DNA of 64,000 nt, taken from a virus (Duplodnaviria; Caudoviricetes). The stretch is from positions 57,914-121,913 of IMG/VR virus record IMGVR_UViG_2927464213_000002. One strand, 5' to 3'. The notes beneath the pieces were generated by a model. The model searched no databases. It was not told where the DNA came from and saw only the letters and a list, made by a program, of their open reading frames with translations. The translations under genes and the position numbers were made by a program. This document shows, in pieces, positions 48,654 to 58,268 of this stretch (position 1 is the first letter of the stretch; every line of letters starts with the position of its first letter).

Positions 48654-48779
48654 ATGTCGGACAAGTTGCTTGTTAGCCTATGGGGCGTGAGTATCAGTGC
48701 TGAGGGCCTCTGGGCCATCATGGCCGCTATCGTCATCGTCGGTATTGTCGCCGTCGTTGTCGCTCTGCGAGCCACCTAA
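48654..48779 (+). CDS. 41-aa hydrophobic membrane peptide MSDKLLVSLWGVSISAEGLWAIMAAIVIVGIVAVVVALRAT
   Basis: Manual translation; GAGGT RBS; one TM helix; below the ORF-track cutoff. Confidence 0.55.
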   Translation: MSDKLLVSLWGVSISAEGLWAIMAAIVIVGIVAVVVALRAT

Positions 48780-49073
48780 ATGCTTTAGCCAGGCCAGGCC
48801 AGTGTATCGGCGCCAAGCGGGCTATCATCTGCGCCCACGCGATGTCTGATCCGCATCCGGTGGCCGGCGTTGGCACGCATGTCGACGTGATCATCACGGT
48901 GCTTGGGCGTGGTCAGCCTGCAAATTTAGGTCGGAATAGCAACGAGTTGTAGGAGAGAGCCTATTGCCCGTCTGGGGCGAGTCTACGATAAAGGAGGGTA
49001 CATTGAGTCGGCCAACCCATAGAGAATCTTCCGAAAGCTGGGTTGTGCGCGCTATGGAGATTTCGAGAAGAAA

Positions 49074-49922
49074 ATGGATGCAGCGGTCGGCTCAAGTCCT
49101 AATGTCCACGCGCAATCTGAGCCTTTCCTTAAGTGGGCTGGTGGGAAGCGATGGCTCATACAGAGATTTCCAAATCTCATTCCCTCTGACGTTCGAAACT
49201 ATTTCGAACCGTTCCTCGGGAGCGGGGCAGTCTATTTTCACGTTAGGCCGTTCGGCGGGATAATTTCAGACCTGAACGAAGACTTGGTCGCTACCTACCT
49301 AGCGCTGCGTGATGATCCAAAAGGGGTCAAATCAGCTCTCGAAAAGCACAGCAAGAAGCATTCGGACGAATACTACTACGAAGTAAGAGCAAGCAAGCCG
49401 ACCAAGACGTCAAGCAGGGCTGCGCGGCTCATTTACCTTAATCGTACTTGTTGGAACGGTCTCTATCGCGTCAATAAGAAGGGCCAATTCAATGTGCCGA
49501 GAGGTACAAAAAATAGCGTCCTATTGCCATCCGATGATTTCGCAGCGATTTCCGCGCAACTCAAATCCATCAACATCGATTGCTGCGACTTCGAAAGCAC
49601 GATCGAACGCGCTGACGAGGGTGATTTCGCATTCATCGACCCTCCTTACACCGTGAAACATAACATGAATGGCTTTCTCAAATACAATCAGTCGATCTTT
49701 AGTTGGGATGATCAAATCCGATTGTCGAAAGCAATCGTTCGGGCACGAGAAAGAGGTGTTCGACTATTGGTACTGAATGCCAATCACAGCTCAATCAGAG
49801 ATCTATATCGCAACGTAGGACAGTTTGTTCGGCTACCACGGCATTCGGTGCTCGCCGCGAGTTCAAACTTTCGAGCGGAAACCTCTGAACTTGCCATAAC
49901 AGTGAATTACCAAAAGGCGTGA
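49074..49922 (+). CDS. Dam-family (D12 class) N6-adenine DNA methyltransferase
   Basis: PFLKWAGGKR, YFEPFLGSGAV, YLNRTCWNGLYRVN..G.FNVP, FIDPPY. Confidence 0.93.
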   Translation: MDAAVGSSPNVHAQSEPFLKWAGGKRWLIQRFPNLIPSDVRNYFEPFLGSGAVYFHVRPFGGIISDLNEDLVATYLALRDDPKGVKSALEKHSKKHSDEYYYEVRASKPTKTSSRAARLIYLNRTCWNGLYRVNKKGQFNVPRGTKNSVLLPSDDFAAISAQLKSINIDCCDFESTIERADEGDFAFIDPPYTVKHNMNGFLKYNQSIFSWDDQIRLSKAIVRARERGVRLLVLNANHSSIRDLYRNVGQFVRLPRHSVLAASSNFRAETSELAITVNYQKA

Positions 49923-49925
49923 GCC

Positions 49926-52250
49926 ATGCTGAGCAACATTTTTTACCGAGATGAACTCCGCGGGCTGGCCAACAGAAGAGCAAAGGCTGACGATTTTAAG
50001 ACGGTCCGCCAACCTCTCGTAGCTGAAGAGTTGGCAAAGGGCTGGGCAGTGGCCCAAGTGAATGCTTCCACTTCTCGCCTAAGCAAGCCGAAGAGCCATG
50101 ACAAACTGCTTGAGGATCGCGTTTGGATATTGATGTATCGAATGGGCTTCAACGATCTTTCAGGTGCTGGAGGTGCTTTTCAGCTCCTGAACGCAAACGA
50201 TCCAAAGGGGCCCGACAACCAAATTGATGTAGTGGCTATCGATAGTGAAGTCGCGTTTGCCGTTGAGTGCAAGTCGAGCGAAACTCCCAAGAAGTTTGCA
50301 GACTTCTCAACTGTTCTCGCGAAACATGCTGCGCTGAAGGAGAAATTTACCCGAGCAGTTGCCACCCAAATTCCCGCCAGCCACAAGCGCGTAACTCGCT
50401 TTGCAATTTGGTCATCCAAGATAATCATATCGGACAACGATAGGACACGAGCTAACACGGCAGGCGTAACGCTTTTAGACGAAAAAGATCTAGAATATTA
50501 CGAGTTGCTCATTCTTCAGGTTGGAACCGCAGCCAGATATCAATTTCTTGCAGATGTTTTGCAGGGCCGTGGCATTCCTGGACTCGAAATCAAAATACCG
50601 GCGATCCGGGCCAGGATGGGTGGTTCTACAAGCTATTCCTTTAGCATTTCGCCGGAGTACCTCCTAAAGATTGCGTTCGTTTCGCATAGAGCGAGAGGGA
50701 AAGCATCGGATATCGACGCATATCAGCGCTTGTTGAAAAAATCTCGACTTCGATCTATCCGGCAGTACATCAGCGATGGAGGAATTTTTCCAACAAATAT
50801 TGTTGTAAATATTGCGGAGAGCCGCTGGCTATCTTTCGACCGCGGCAAGCAGGAAGGCGACGACAAGAATGCTACGTTCGGTTGGCTCACCATTCGCCCA
50901 GCCTACCGGGTCGCCTGGATCATAGATGGCCAGCACCGCCTGTTTTCCTATGCCGATCACCCTTCAGCGAAAAAGAGCCTCATTTCGGTGATTGCTTTTG
51001 TGGGGCTTGAACCGAGTGAACAGGCGCGCCTTTTTGTCGACATCAATGCCGAGCAGCGGAAGGTCAAACAAGGCCTTCTCCAAGAGCTTTATGCTGAGTT
51101 GCATTGGGATGCCGATGATCCCGAAATTCGCGTGCAGGCGATCTTATCAAAAGTCGTTCAGGCTCTCGATTCCGATTTAAAGTCTCCGCTCCTTGGCCGT
51201 GTGCTAAAGGCTGACGATCCGCGATCTGAGACGAGATGTATATCTTTGACTAGTATATTTCATGCTCTCGAACGGACTGGACTGTTCATCGCGCGAACGA
51301 GAAAGGGTGAAGTCCTGGAGTACGGCCCGTTATGGGACGGTGAAAATCAGGCAACTTTAAAGCGTACCGTAACTGTTTTGATCGGCTTTCTTGACTACGT
51401 AAAGTCTGCGGCTCCCGAATTGTGGGAAAAGGGTTCTGGAGAAGGCGGTGGCCTAACGATGAACGATGGGATTACCGTCTGCTTGAACGTTCTTCGGAGC
51501 GCGTTTCACCATCTCCAGACTGTTAAGCGTCTTTCTTTGTCCGAACTTGATGCGCCAGAGCTAGTTGAAGCTCTAGAACCCTTCGGCCGTGCTGTTGGTC
51601 AATTTTTTGCCACGCGCACTCCCGAACAGATGACCCAGTTCAGATCGCTCAGAGGCATACAAGGGCAGACAACGGGCACGAGGCGTGCCGAAGAATTTGT
51701 CCAAAACCTGGATGCGACATTCAATCCACCTGGCCTCAAGGAATTTTTGTCTCGAGAGAAAGCTCAAACAACAACTCAAGCATTCGAGCTGCTTCAAGGA
51801 ATTGAACGGGTGCTACAATCAACAATCTTGTCAGAATTGAAAAGCGAATTTGGTGAAGAGGAAGCAGACTGGTGGTTTGCTGGTGTGCCCAAAGGCGTCC
51901 GCAAGAAAGTTGATGATCGGATAAACGAGGAAGGAGGGAAAAAAGGTGGCAGAGCAGAAAATTTTGACTTGATAGATTATAGGGATATTGCTGAGGCAAA
52001 TTGGCAGCTTTTCGAAGCTCCGCTTGCTCGCGGAAAGGGAAACAAGCAGGCGCGCACTAAGTGGCTGGCTGAAGTAAATGATCTAAGGAAGCCTGTGATG
52101 CACGCCTCGAAAGGCCAGAGCCTTCCTATCACGGAAGAACAAGTCGCATTCTTAGATGAGATACATCGCTGGCTACAATCGCAGCTGCACGAGGAATTCG
52201 CTGATACACTTATTCAGGGGCATGAAGAATTGCGAGAGGGACGCGGCTGA
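49926..52250 (+). CDS. PD-(D/E)XK nuclease + DGQHR (DndB-like) + HEPN-like multidomain defence protein
   Basis: QIDVVAID...AVECKS; YQRLL..SRL..I..YI...FPTNIV...IIDGQHRL...LFVDIN.EQ.KV; C-terminal NDLRKPVMH (R-x4-H). Confidence 0.85.
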   Translation: MLSNIFYRDELRGLANRRAKADDFKTVRQPLVAEELAKGWAVAQVNASTSRLSKPKSHDKLLEDRVWILMYRMGFNDLSGAGGAFQLLNANDPKGPDNQIDVVAIDSEVAFAVECKSSETPKKFADFSTVLAKHAALKEKFTRAVATQIPASHKRVTRFAIWSSKIIISDNDRTRANTAGVTLLDEKDLEYYELLILQVGTAARYQFLADVLQGRGIPGLEIKIPAIRARMGGSTSYSFSISPEYLLKIAFVSHRARGKASDIDAYQRLLKKSRLRSIRQYISDGGIFPTNIVVNIAESRWLSFDRGKQEGDDKNATFGWLTIRPAYRVAWIIDGQHRLFSYADHPSAKKSLISVIAFVGLEPSEQARLFVDINAEQRKVKQGLLQELYAELHWDADDPEIRVQAILSKVVQALDSDLKSPLLGRVLKADDPRSETRCISLTSIFHALERTGLFIARTRKGEVLEYGPLWDGENQATLKRTVTVLIGFLDYVKSAAPELWEKGSGEGGGLTMNDGITVCLNVLRSAFHHLQTVKRLSLSELDAPELVEALEPFGRAVGQFFATRTPEQMTQFRSLRGIQGQTTGTRRAEEFVQNLDATFNPPGLKEFLSREKAQTTTQAFELLQGIERVLQSTILSELKSEFGEEEADWWFAGVPKGVRKKVDDRINEEGGKKGGRAENFDLIDYRDIAEANWQLFEAPLARGKGNKQARTKWLAEVNDLRKPVMHASKGQSLPITEEQVAFLDEIHRWLQSQLHEEFADTLIQGHEELREGRG

Positions 52251-52534
52251 TGCCGATGAGCGCATCAACTCATGATATCCTCGTCCGACAAGGCTATAAG
52301 TTGGTCGAGGACGACTGGGACAAGCAAGGGCGTCGCACGTACCTAAATGATGAGAACGCCGATCGCGCTTTCCTAGGAGTTTTAGAGAGGAGTCTTCGAT
52401 CTGCTGGATGGACGCTGGACCGAGCCAAGTTGCGGTCATTCGTTCGTCCCGAGGGCGGTGAAGTGATTGAGATTGAGCCGGGCGGCGCAGAAACGTCCGG
52501 TCATTTTCTGCACCACATGAAGGCGCTCGATTAG
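52250..52534 (+). CDS. Small hypothetical protein coupled to the DGQHR gene
   Basis: TGATG overlap with the upstream stop. Confidence 0.6.
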   Translation: MPMSASTHDILVRQGYKLVEDDWDKQGRRTYLNDENADRAFLGVLERSLRSAGWTLDRAKLRSFVRPEGGEVIEIEPGGAETSGHFLHHMKALD

Positions 52535-52580
52535 TCAAAAGCCGACTTGGCCGATGCGAGCGCCATGCCCGCTAAGGGGC

Positions 52581-52784
52581 CTAGTGCCGCCAGCCGTCCT
52601 TATCGACGATGACCTTAAATCCTTTCGGCATGCGCGGGGTCTCATTTTCTCCGACCTGATTGCAGCGCAAGCACGGCATCCCGGCGCCACCGCAATCGCA
52701 GGCGCGGTTTCCTTCTGTGGGCAGATCGGGATGATTTTCGCAGACCCAGCCTATGTCGTCGCAACACACACAAACCTTGCTCAT
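52581..52784 (-). CDS. Small Cys-rich protein
   Basis: C..C.D.GWVCENHPD.P...AC.CGGAGMPC..CN motif. Confidence 0.65.
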   Translation of the reverse strand: MSKVCVCCDDIGWVCENHPDLPTEGNRACDCGGAGMPCLRCNQVGENETPRMPKGFKVIVDKDGWRH

Positions 52785-52885
52785 ACGGTCATAATAGTGC
52801 TCGGGCGGCAGCTGTGCCAGCGGAAGCTTCCCGTGCTCTCGTCGGTTGTGTTACAAGGCCTGCACCGCTCACGATGGGGGCATCG

Positions 52886-53671
52886 ATGTCTGAGGGCTGG
52901 TACTACGCGGAAGGCGATCAATCGGTTGGGCCAGTTAGCCTCGATGATCTAAAAAGAGCACTGAGGCGGCAGGCCGCTCCCTCCCAGACTTTTGTCTGGA
53001 GGGAAGGATTCCAGGACTGGGTAGAGGCGCGGTCCGTGCCCGATCTGGCCGCTCCGCTGCCTCCGCCATTGCCAAGAAGACCAGCGCCACAGCTTCAGCC
53101 GGAGCCGCAGCCGGTGCCGGTGGAGGCGCCGCAGCAAAGCGCGTCCGATCGCAGTTGGGTTGGAAAATTGGTTTGGTTGGTCTCCGTTGTCGCTAGTGTG
53201 ACGCTGAGTAAATATCTTGGCGGCGTCTACTGGATGCCAGTGCTGCTAATCGCGATTTCGATCTGGATCTTCTCTCGGCTGAAGCTGCGAGACTATTCGG
53301 TATGGATGCTGGGCGTTCTCGTCGGGCATACCTTGTGGGTGCTTGTGGGGCACGCAACTATTATTGGCATGGGGAAGCCCGATCCGGAGCTCACGAACTT
53401 TATCATTGATCTTGTCGTTGTTTCTGCCCTGACTGTGTGGGGACTTAAAACTCAGTCGTTTTGGATGTGTCTTTGCGTGCTGTTGTACCAGCTGGCGGCA
53501 ATGGCAATGAGCACCATCCTCTTCGACGAGGTCTCAAAGGTCAGCCCGACCGCCGCGATCGTACACGCCGTCCTTCGGGCGATCGGTATCGGCTTGGCGA
53601 TTTATGCCATGGTAAAGGCCAGACAGTTCAACCGGGGAAGCGAAGCGACTACTGCTGTAGCGAGCCAATAG
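52886..53671 (+). CDS. GYF_2 (DUF4339) domain multi-pass membrane protein
   Basis: WYYAEGDQSVGPVS...VWREGFQDW..A..VPDL, Pro-rich linker, about 6 TM segments. Confidence 0.8.
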   Translation: MSEGWYYAEGDQSVGPVSLDDLKRALRRQAAPSQTFVWREGFQDWVEARSVPDLAAPLPPPLPRRPAPQLQPEPQPVPVEAPQQSASDRSWVGKLVWLVSVVASVTLSKYLGGVYWMPVLLIAISIWIFSRLKLRDYSVWMLGVLVGHTLWVLVGHATIIGMGKPDPELTNFIIDLVVVSALTVWGLKTQSFWMCLCVLLYQLAAMAMSTILFDEVSKVSPTAAIVHAVLRAIGIGLAIYAMVKARQFNRGSEATTAVASQ

Positions 53672-53782
53672 CTCTGATCGGTTCTCTTTGGGGGCCAGTG
53701 GTGCCATGCTTGGCATGAACGACTCGCCGGAGGGAGCGACGTGCATACTAACCATTCAGCATTTATCCCCATCCCGACTATG

Positions 53783-54136
53783 TTAGCGGCGATCCTTCGG
53801 GCCGATTGGCCCGTCGACGACCTCACCGCGGATCCAAGCAGCGCAGGCTTCGCCGGCCGCATTAAGCCTCTTCTGAAGCTCGCGTCCACGCTGGCCGGTG
53901 CGAGCAATCTCCATAATGTCGTCCATCGTTACGAATTCGGGCGCATGCCTGCTCATGCAGCCACAGTATTTGACGATGATGTCGTCGGAGACACCGGAGT
54001 TTCCCGGGGCTGCGCGCTGTGTCCGGAGACACTCATCGCCGAACGTGCTCATAAAATTTTCCCGAAACTCGTTGATAGTCTGCGCACAGGCCGGCACAGC
54101 GGCCACTAAGGTGGCACAAAGCAGGACAAAACGCAT
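53783..54136 (-). CDS. Secreted Cys-containing protein
   Basis: Signal peptide; YCGC motif; GAGG RBS. Confidence 0.65.
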   Translation of the reverse strand: MRFVLLCATLVAAVPACAQTINEFRENFMSTFGDECLRTQRAAPGNSGVSDDIIVKYCGCMSRHAPEFVTMDDIMEIARTGQRGRELQKRLNAAGEACAAWIRGEVVDGPIGPKDRR

Positions 54137-54172
54137 TTGAATCCCTCACGCCGCGCGTTACGGATTTCGCAG

Positions 54173-54514
54173 TTACAGTGGACTATAAATTTTATTTAAC
54201 GAGGGCATCTCGCCGTCTGCGAGTATGGCCTGATTCATCCAACCGCGCTCTATCGCAGCAACTTTGGCAGAGTCTCCGACGACGTAGTCAAACCAAAATG
54301 GCACACCGAGATGCGTTCCCTTCCGCTTCGCTTCTGTGTCCAGGTGCGATCCCATTCGGCTCCGAATGCTTCCCGTGGCCAAGCCGACGTATATGACGTC
54401 ACCATTATATGTGACCAGCGCGTAGCATCCAGGCTTGTCAGGCACCGTTACGTGATGCGACCAAGCGAAGCGCGTCCTTTGGCTCGGTTTTGGGGATAAC
54501 TGGTCTGCCCGCAT
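54173..54514 (-). CDS. GIY-YIG nuclease
   Basis: PGCYAL...VIYVGLA...IRSRMGSH...IE...P.LN. Confidence 0.8.
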   Translation of the reverse strand: MRADQLSPKPSQRTRFAWSHHVTVPDKPGCYALVTYNGDVIYVGLATGSIRSRMGSHLDTEAKRKGTHLGVPFWFDYVVGDSAKVAAIERGWMNQAILADGEMPSLNKIYSPL

Positions 54515-54524
54515 GGCGGCGATC

Positions 54525-55655
54525 TCACAACTGGACGCCGCTTGCGTTCTCCTGAACGTTCATCGCCAGACTGAGCGCATTTGCAAGCTTGCCGATCGCG
54601 CCCCGATTGAGCCCGGATGCAGCGCCACCGCGATGCCACCATTCTGAATGAGACATCCCGATGTGCTCCGGTGGAAGATTGCCAAAGCCGCGTTTCAAGA
54701 GCGCTTTGATGGTATCCTTCTTGAAGTCCGACTTCGCCGCAAGGTGCGTGAAGACTGTCGGAGACACCGTGTGGAATAACTCCACTCCGTTCGTTTTGAA
54801 GATCACCGTCTGCGTCTCCGAGCCATCTACCAAAAGCTCGATTATCGCTTTCCAGTAGTTCAAAAGGATCAATGGCCGATTTCCATCCCAGACTGGGTTT
54901 GAAAGCGGATTGTTAGCAGAGAAGATGTGACGCCTGAGCGATGTTATGAAGCTCTTCTGGTTGATGGTGCCGCCATCACCTTCATCATTCGCCATGCGAA
55001 TTTTGCCGAACCAAGGGGATGTTGGCTCGTCATTCAAATGGTTTGCCACGGCCAGCGCTCGAGCATCTTCACCTTTCTCCACCTGACGGCGTATCCAACG
55101 CGGCATCGTTGGCGTTTTCTCTAAGCCAATCATCTTGGTCAAACGCGCGACAATCTGTTGCTCGATAGCCCTGTCAACTGACCGTTGCGTGGTGTTGACG
55201 ATGAGAAAATGGCACATCTGGCTGATCTCATCGAGGTTGACGGCTATGTTCACGGGAATTTCGAACTCCAACATGTCGGCGTTCTTCTCCGCCGCCAAGA
55301 CGAGCCCGGCAATTCGGTGCTGGCCATCAACTACATTGAAAGGCCCAATCTGACTTACATCGAAGGTGATTGTATTCGTCGCTGAATCGAACGCGATGTC
55401 CTTGTTCGTCGCCAAGAAGATCGAGGTTGGTAGGAACGCATCGTGTTCGGCCTGTCCGTCGATGAGATAGTCCGCGAGCCTCTTAGCCCGCCCTTCGTTC
55501 AGAAGACGCTGGTAGCCGGGGCCGGCATCGGCGGGGTCAAGCTTGCTAATGGTGTAGAAGTTTGGTCGCTTTAGATCGCTGACCTTGAGGGATGTGGAGT
55601 ATAGTTTGAGTGAACCTTGCCGAACCAACGCTGCCGGACGAGTTATTGTTTCCAC
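54525..55655 (-). CDS. DGQHR (DndB-like) domain protein
   Basis: GYQRLLNEGRA..LADY...LPTSIFL...VVDGQHRI.GL...FLIVNTTQRSV. Confidence 0.9.
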   Translation of the reverse strand: METITRPAALVRQGSLKLYSTSLKVSDLKRPNFYTISKLDPADAGPGYQRLLNEGRAKRLADYLIDGQAEHDAFLPTSIFLATNKDIAFDSATNTITFDVSQIGPFNVVDGQHRIAGLVLAAEKNADMLEFEIPVNIAVNLDEISQMCHFLIVNTTQRSVDRAIEQQIVARLTKMIGLEKTPTMPRWIRRQVEKGEDARALAVANHLNDEPTSPWFGKIRMANDEGDGGTINQKSFITSLRRHIFSANNPLSNPVWDGNRPLILLNYWKAIIELLVDGSETQTVIFKTNGVELFHTVSPTVFTHLAAKSDFKKDTIKALLKRGFGNLPPEHIGMSHSEWWHRGGAASGLNRGAIGKLANALSLAMNVQENASGVQL

Positions 55656-55747
55656 CGCAATCCCCCCGATTTTTCAAAATGATACAACTCGCGGGTAGCA
55701 AAAATGCGACCCGCAATCAATCCGGCAAATTGGAGTATCTTCGATGT

Positions 55748-56125
55748 TCAGCGTTTCTTGCGGTCGGAGAACCACTTTTTGATGAAGCGATCGAGGTTCG
55801 GCGCCGTGGTGTTAAGCCGGGAGAGGCCAGTCCCGATTCCATCGGCCGGCACCACGACGACCTTGCCGGCGTCGAGCGCGTCCTGGACCTTCTTCAGATC
55901 CCGCAACACGATCACCTGGCACTCGATGGTGTCGTCGAAGAAGGCATTGGGTGCCATGCTGGGCGCGTGCTTCGTGGCTACGCCGATCGCGTTGGGCTCG
56001 CCACGCATCTCCTTGGCTTGCCCTCCGTAGCCGCGGCGCTCGATGTTGTCGCCGAAGACGTAGACCTTGTCGGGGTTGGCTCTCAGGTCTTCGCGGGTGA
56101 TCCACTGTTGGTATATCAACGGCAC
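55748..56125 (-). CDS. Conserved phage protein (macro/A1pp-like fold suspected)
   Basis: NPDKVYVFGDN..R.GYGGQA..MRGEPNAIGVATK...GIGTGL. Confidence 0.7.
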   Translation of the reverse strand: MPLIYQQWITREDLRANPDKVYVFGDNIERRGYGGQAKEMRGEPNAIGVATKHAPSMAPNAFFDDTIECQVIVLRDLKKVQDALDAGKVVVVPADGIGTGLSRLNTTAPNLDRFIKKWFSDRKKR

Positions 56126-56137
56126 AAGAGCCTCCTA

Positions 56138-56692
56138 TCAGATTGCCGAGAGCCACGCGCGGATACTGCTGCGCGGATAGACGGTCTCGGTCACGCGATG
56201 GCCTCGAGAATTGCCGCTGATGACGATCGGATCGCCATTCGGCTTGAAGCCGGACACGATGCCGACATGACCGCCGCCCCTGCGGCCCATGGTCACGACG
56301 GCGCCGACCTGCGGGGCGATGCGCTGGTGCTTCTCCCAGGAGAGGGCGCGGTCATCCACGTCCTGCGCTCCGGTGATCTTCCGAAGGAATGCCGAGCACC
56401 ACAAGGTGCTGCGCACGCCGACCTGGTGCGCGGTCTCACCGATGAACTGGCGGGCGCGATCGACGACGCCGACGCCTGCGTCGATGCCGCTCTGGAAGCC
56501 AGAAGCGAAGGTGTCGCCGAACGACGACTCCTGCACATGTTGGCGAACGGCGACACGGGGTGACGTGACGCTGATCTTGGCCACGCGAGCGTGGTGGCGA
56601 TGATGGGGGTGATGCCTTGGACGTGCTGCAGCAGCCGAAAAAGACAAAGCGATGATCGCGGCGCCGACGAGCGCCGTGCTCAGGGTTCTCAT
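56138..56692 (-). CDS. Secreted NlpC/P60-CHAP-like (TIGR02594-like) peptidoglycan hydrolase
   Basis: Signal peptide; ARQFIG...LWCSAF...ALSW...GGHVGIV...ISGN. Confidence 0.8.
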   Translation of the reverse strand: MRTLSTALVGAAIIALSFSAAAARPRHHPHHRHHARVAKISVTSPRVAVRQHVQESSFGDTFASGFQSGIDAGVGVVDRARQFIGETAHQVGVRSTLWCSAFLRKITGAQDVDDRALSWEKHQRIAPQVGAVVTMGRRGGGHVGIVSGFKPNGDPIVISGNSRGHRVTETVYPRSSIRAWLSAI

Positions 56693-56719
56693 TTTTTTGG
56701 TAGCTCCGTTTGAGGTAGA

Positions 56720-56998
56720 TCAGATCGCGTTGCGTGCAGCGATCCGTTGGCGGTCGGCTTCGACCGCGGCGTAGGTCGGGTGCCGCGTCCACTCGTCGCC
56801 GTTCTGGATCGCGAAGGTCTGCTGCACCTGACTGATGAAGAAGCGCGCGGCCTCTTCACCCATGTCCGCGAGGATCTTGTCCCCGAAGACCATTCGGAAT
56901 TTGAGCTGGGGCTGCTTGCCCTCGTCCTCGATCTTCGTCGCGGCGAAGCCGAGAGGGCCTGCGGTTACGACGACGAGGTTGGTGATTTTCTGAGTCAT
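56720..56998 (-). CDS. Hypothetical protein
   Basis: ATGA coupling with the methylase gene. Confidence 0.6.
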   Translation of the reverse strand: MTQKITNLVVVTAGPLGFAATKIEDEGKQPQLKFRMVFGDKILADMGEEAARFFISQVQQTFAIQNGDEWTRHPTYAAVEADRQRIAARNAI

Positions 56999-57612
56999 GC
57001 TGCGATCTCCTGCTGCGGGTTGAACTTCGAGGTCTCGTTCCCCCAGGAGTCCCAGCCGGGACGCTGCTCGCGGCTGAAGATGTCGGCCTTCGGATAAGGC
57101 CCAGCCATCTTCGCGGCCTCGACGTAGCCTTGCTCAGGCTTGCGTGAGTGCTCGCGGCGGGGTTCGAGGATTGCGGAGCGGATGTCGCGTGCGTGGATCT
57201 TCGGCTTGCCGACCTTTCCGATGAGGAAGGGCTCGTGGCAGTTGCGCAGCGCGTAGCCTGTGCCGAAGGTCGGCTTGCTGCCGTCCTTGACCATCTTCAC
57301 CCAGACGCCCTGGGTGACGTAGGTGACGCTCCAACGTCTGAAGCACTCGCGCGCCTGGTCGTACATCGGCGCGGTGGCGTAGAGCCAAACCCACATGCCA
57401 TCGCGATGCGCGAGACGCTCGATGTCCAGCTCGAAGATCTCTTCGAGAGTCATCGTGTCGTAGTGCTGCTCGGCGGACTTTCCTTTGCCCTTTGCCGAGT
57501 AGGTCTTGAACGCCCACGGCGGATCGATCTTCGCGAGACCGTAGTGGTTCTCTTTCAGCGGCGAGAGGTTGAACGTCGGCGCCGGCAGGATGGGGAAGGG
57601 TTTGATCTGCAT
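56995..57612 (-). CDS. MT-A70 family N6-adenine methyltransferase
   Basis: IDPPW.F...HYDTM...W.K...GTGY..R..HE..LIG..G...REHSRKP...FSRE.RPGWD.WGNE. Confidence 0.9.
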   Translation of the reverse strand: MQIKPFPILPAPTFNLSPLKENHYGLAKIDPPWAFKTYSAKGKGKSAEQHYDTMTLEEIFELDIERLAHRDGMWVWLYATAPMYDQARECFRRWSVTYVTQGVWVKMVKDGSKPTFGTGYALRNCHEPFLIGKVGKPKIHARDIRSAILEPRREHSRKPEQGYVEAAKMAGPYPKADIFSREQRPGWDSWGNETSKFNPQQEIAA

Positions 57613-58055
57613 TTTGCTCTGTTTGCATTCAAGCAAACGACAGGACACACGTATCCCGTCGATGCTGATGTCGGTTACTTCATCAGGTCGGCGAAGGTCT
57701 TGTTGATGCGCTCGATGCGTTCGACGTTGCAGCCGTAGCACCATGGGCCCCAGTGGGTTTTGCGACACGACTTGCCGCAGCCCGCGCAGCTCGTGAGCTT
57801 GCCGGTCTTGTAGCGCTCCGGGTCACGCCACGGCTCGGGCTCGGACGTGGACATCACTTGCTCTCCGCGGCTGCGAGCGCGGCGCGGCCGGCGTCGGTGA
57901 TGCGGAACTGGTTGCCGTAGGACGGGTGCCTCTCCTTCACGAAGTAGCCCAGCTCGGCCAGCTTCGCGGTGGACTTCTGCTTGAACAGACCCCACCCACC
58001 CGGGCGGCCGGCTGCGTCCTGCAGGGCTTCGATCTCTCGCTTGTTCATGGTGTCC

Positions 58056-58268
58056 TCAGCGCGGGGTGACGGTGACTTCGATCTCGCGACCGATGTAGAA
58101 GGCTCGCTTGTTCCGGTCTGTCATCGGAACGGTGACGAGGATGCTCATGAACGGCTGCCATTCAGCTGCGCCGACTGCTTTCCCTTGAGCTGTCACGCTC
58201 AGCTTGTCGCCCCGGTCGCTCGCTTCCAATACGTGTGCCTCGATCTTCACTTCTTCTCCTCTCGCCAC
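58056..58268 (-). CDS. Hypothetical protein
   Basis: One of a run of coupled small early genes. Confidence 0.5.
   Translation of the reverse strand: MARGEEVKIEAHVLEASDRGDKLSVTAQGKAVGAAEWQPFMSILVTVPMTDRNKRAFYIGREIEVTVTPR

Noticed and set aside
49926-55655. Complete Dnd phosphorothioation or Dpd system
   Set aside because: Only DGQHR domains are present; no dndACDE, ssp or dpdA genes in the window.
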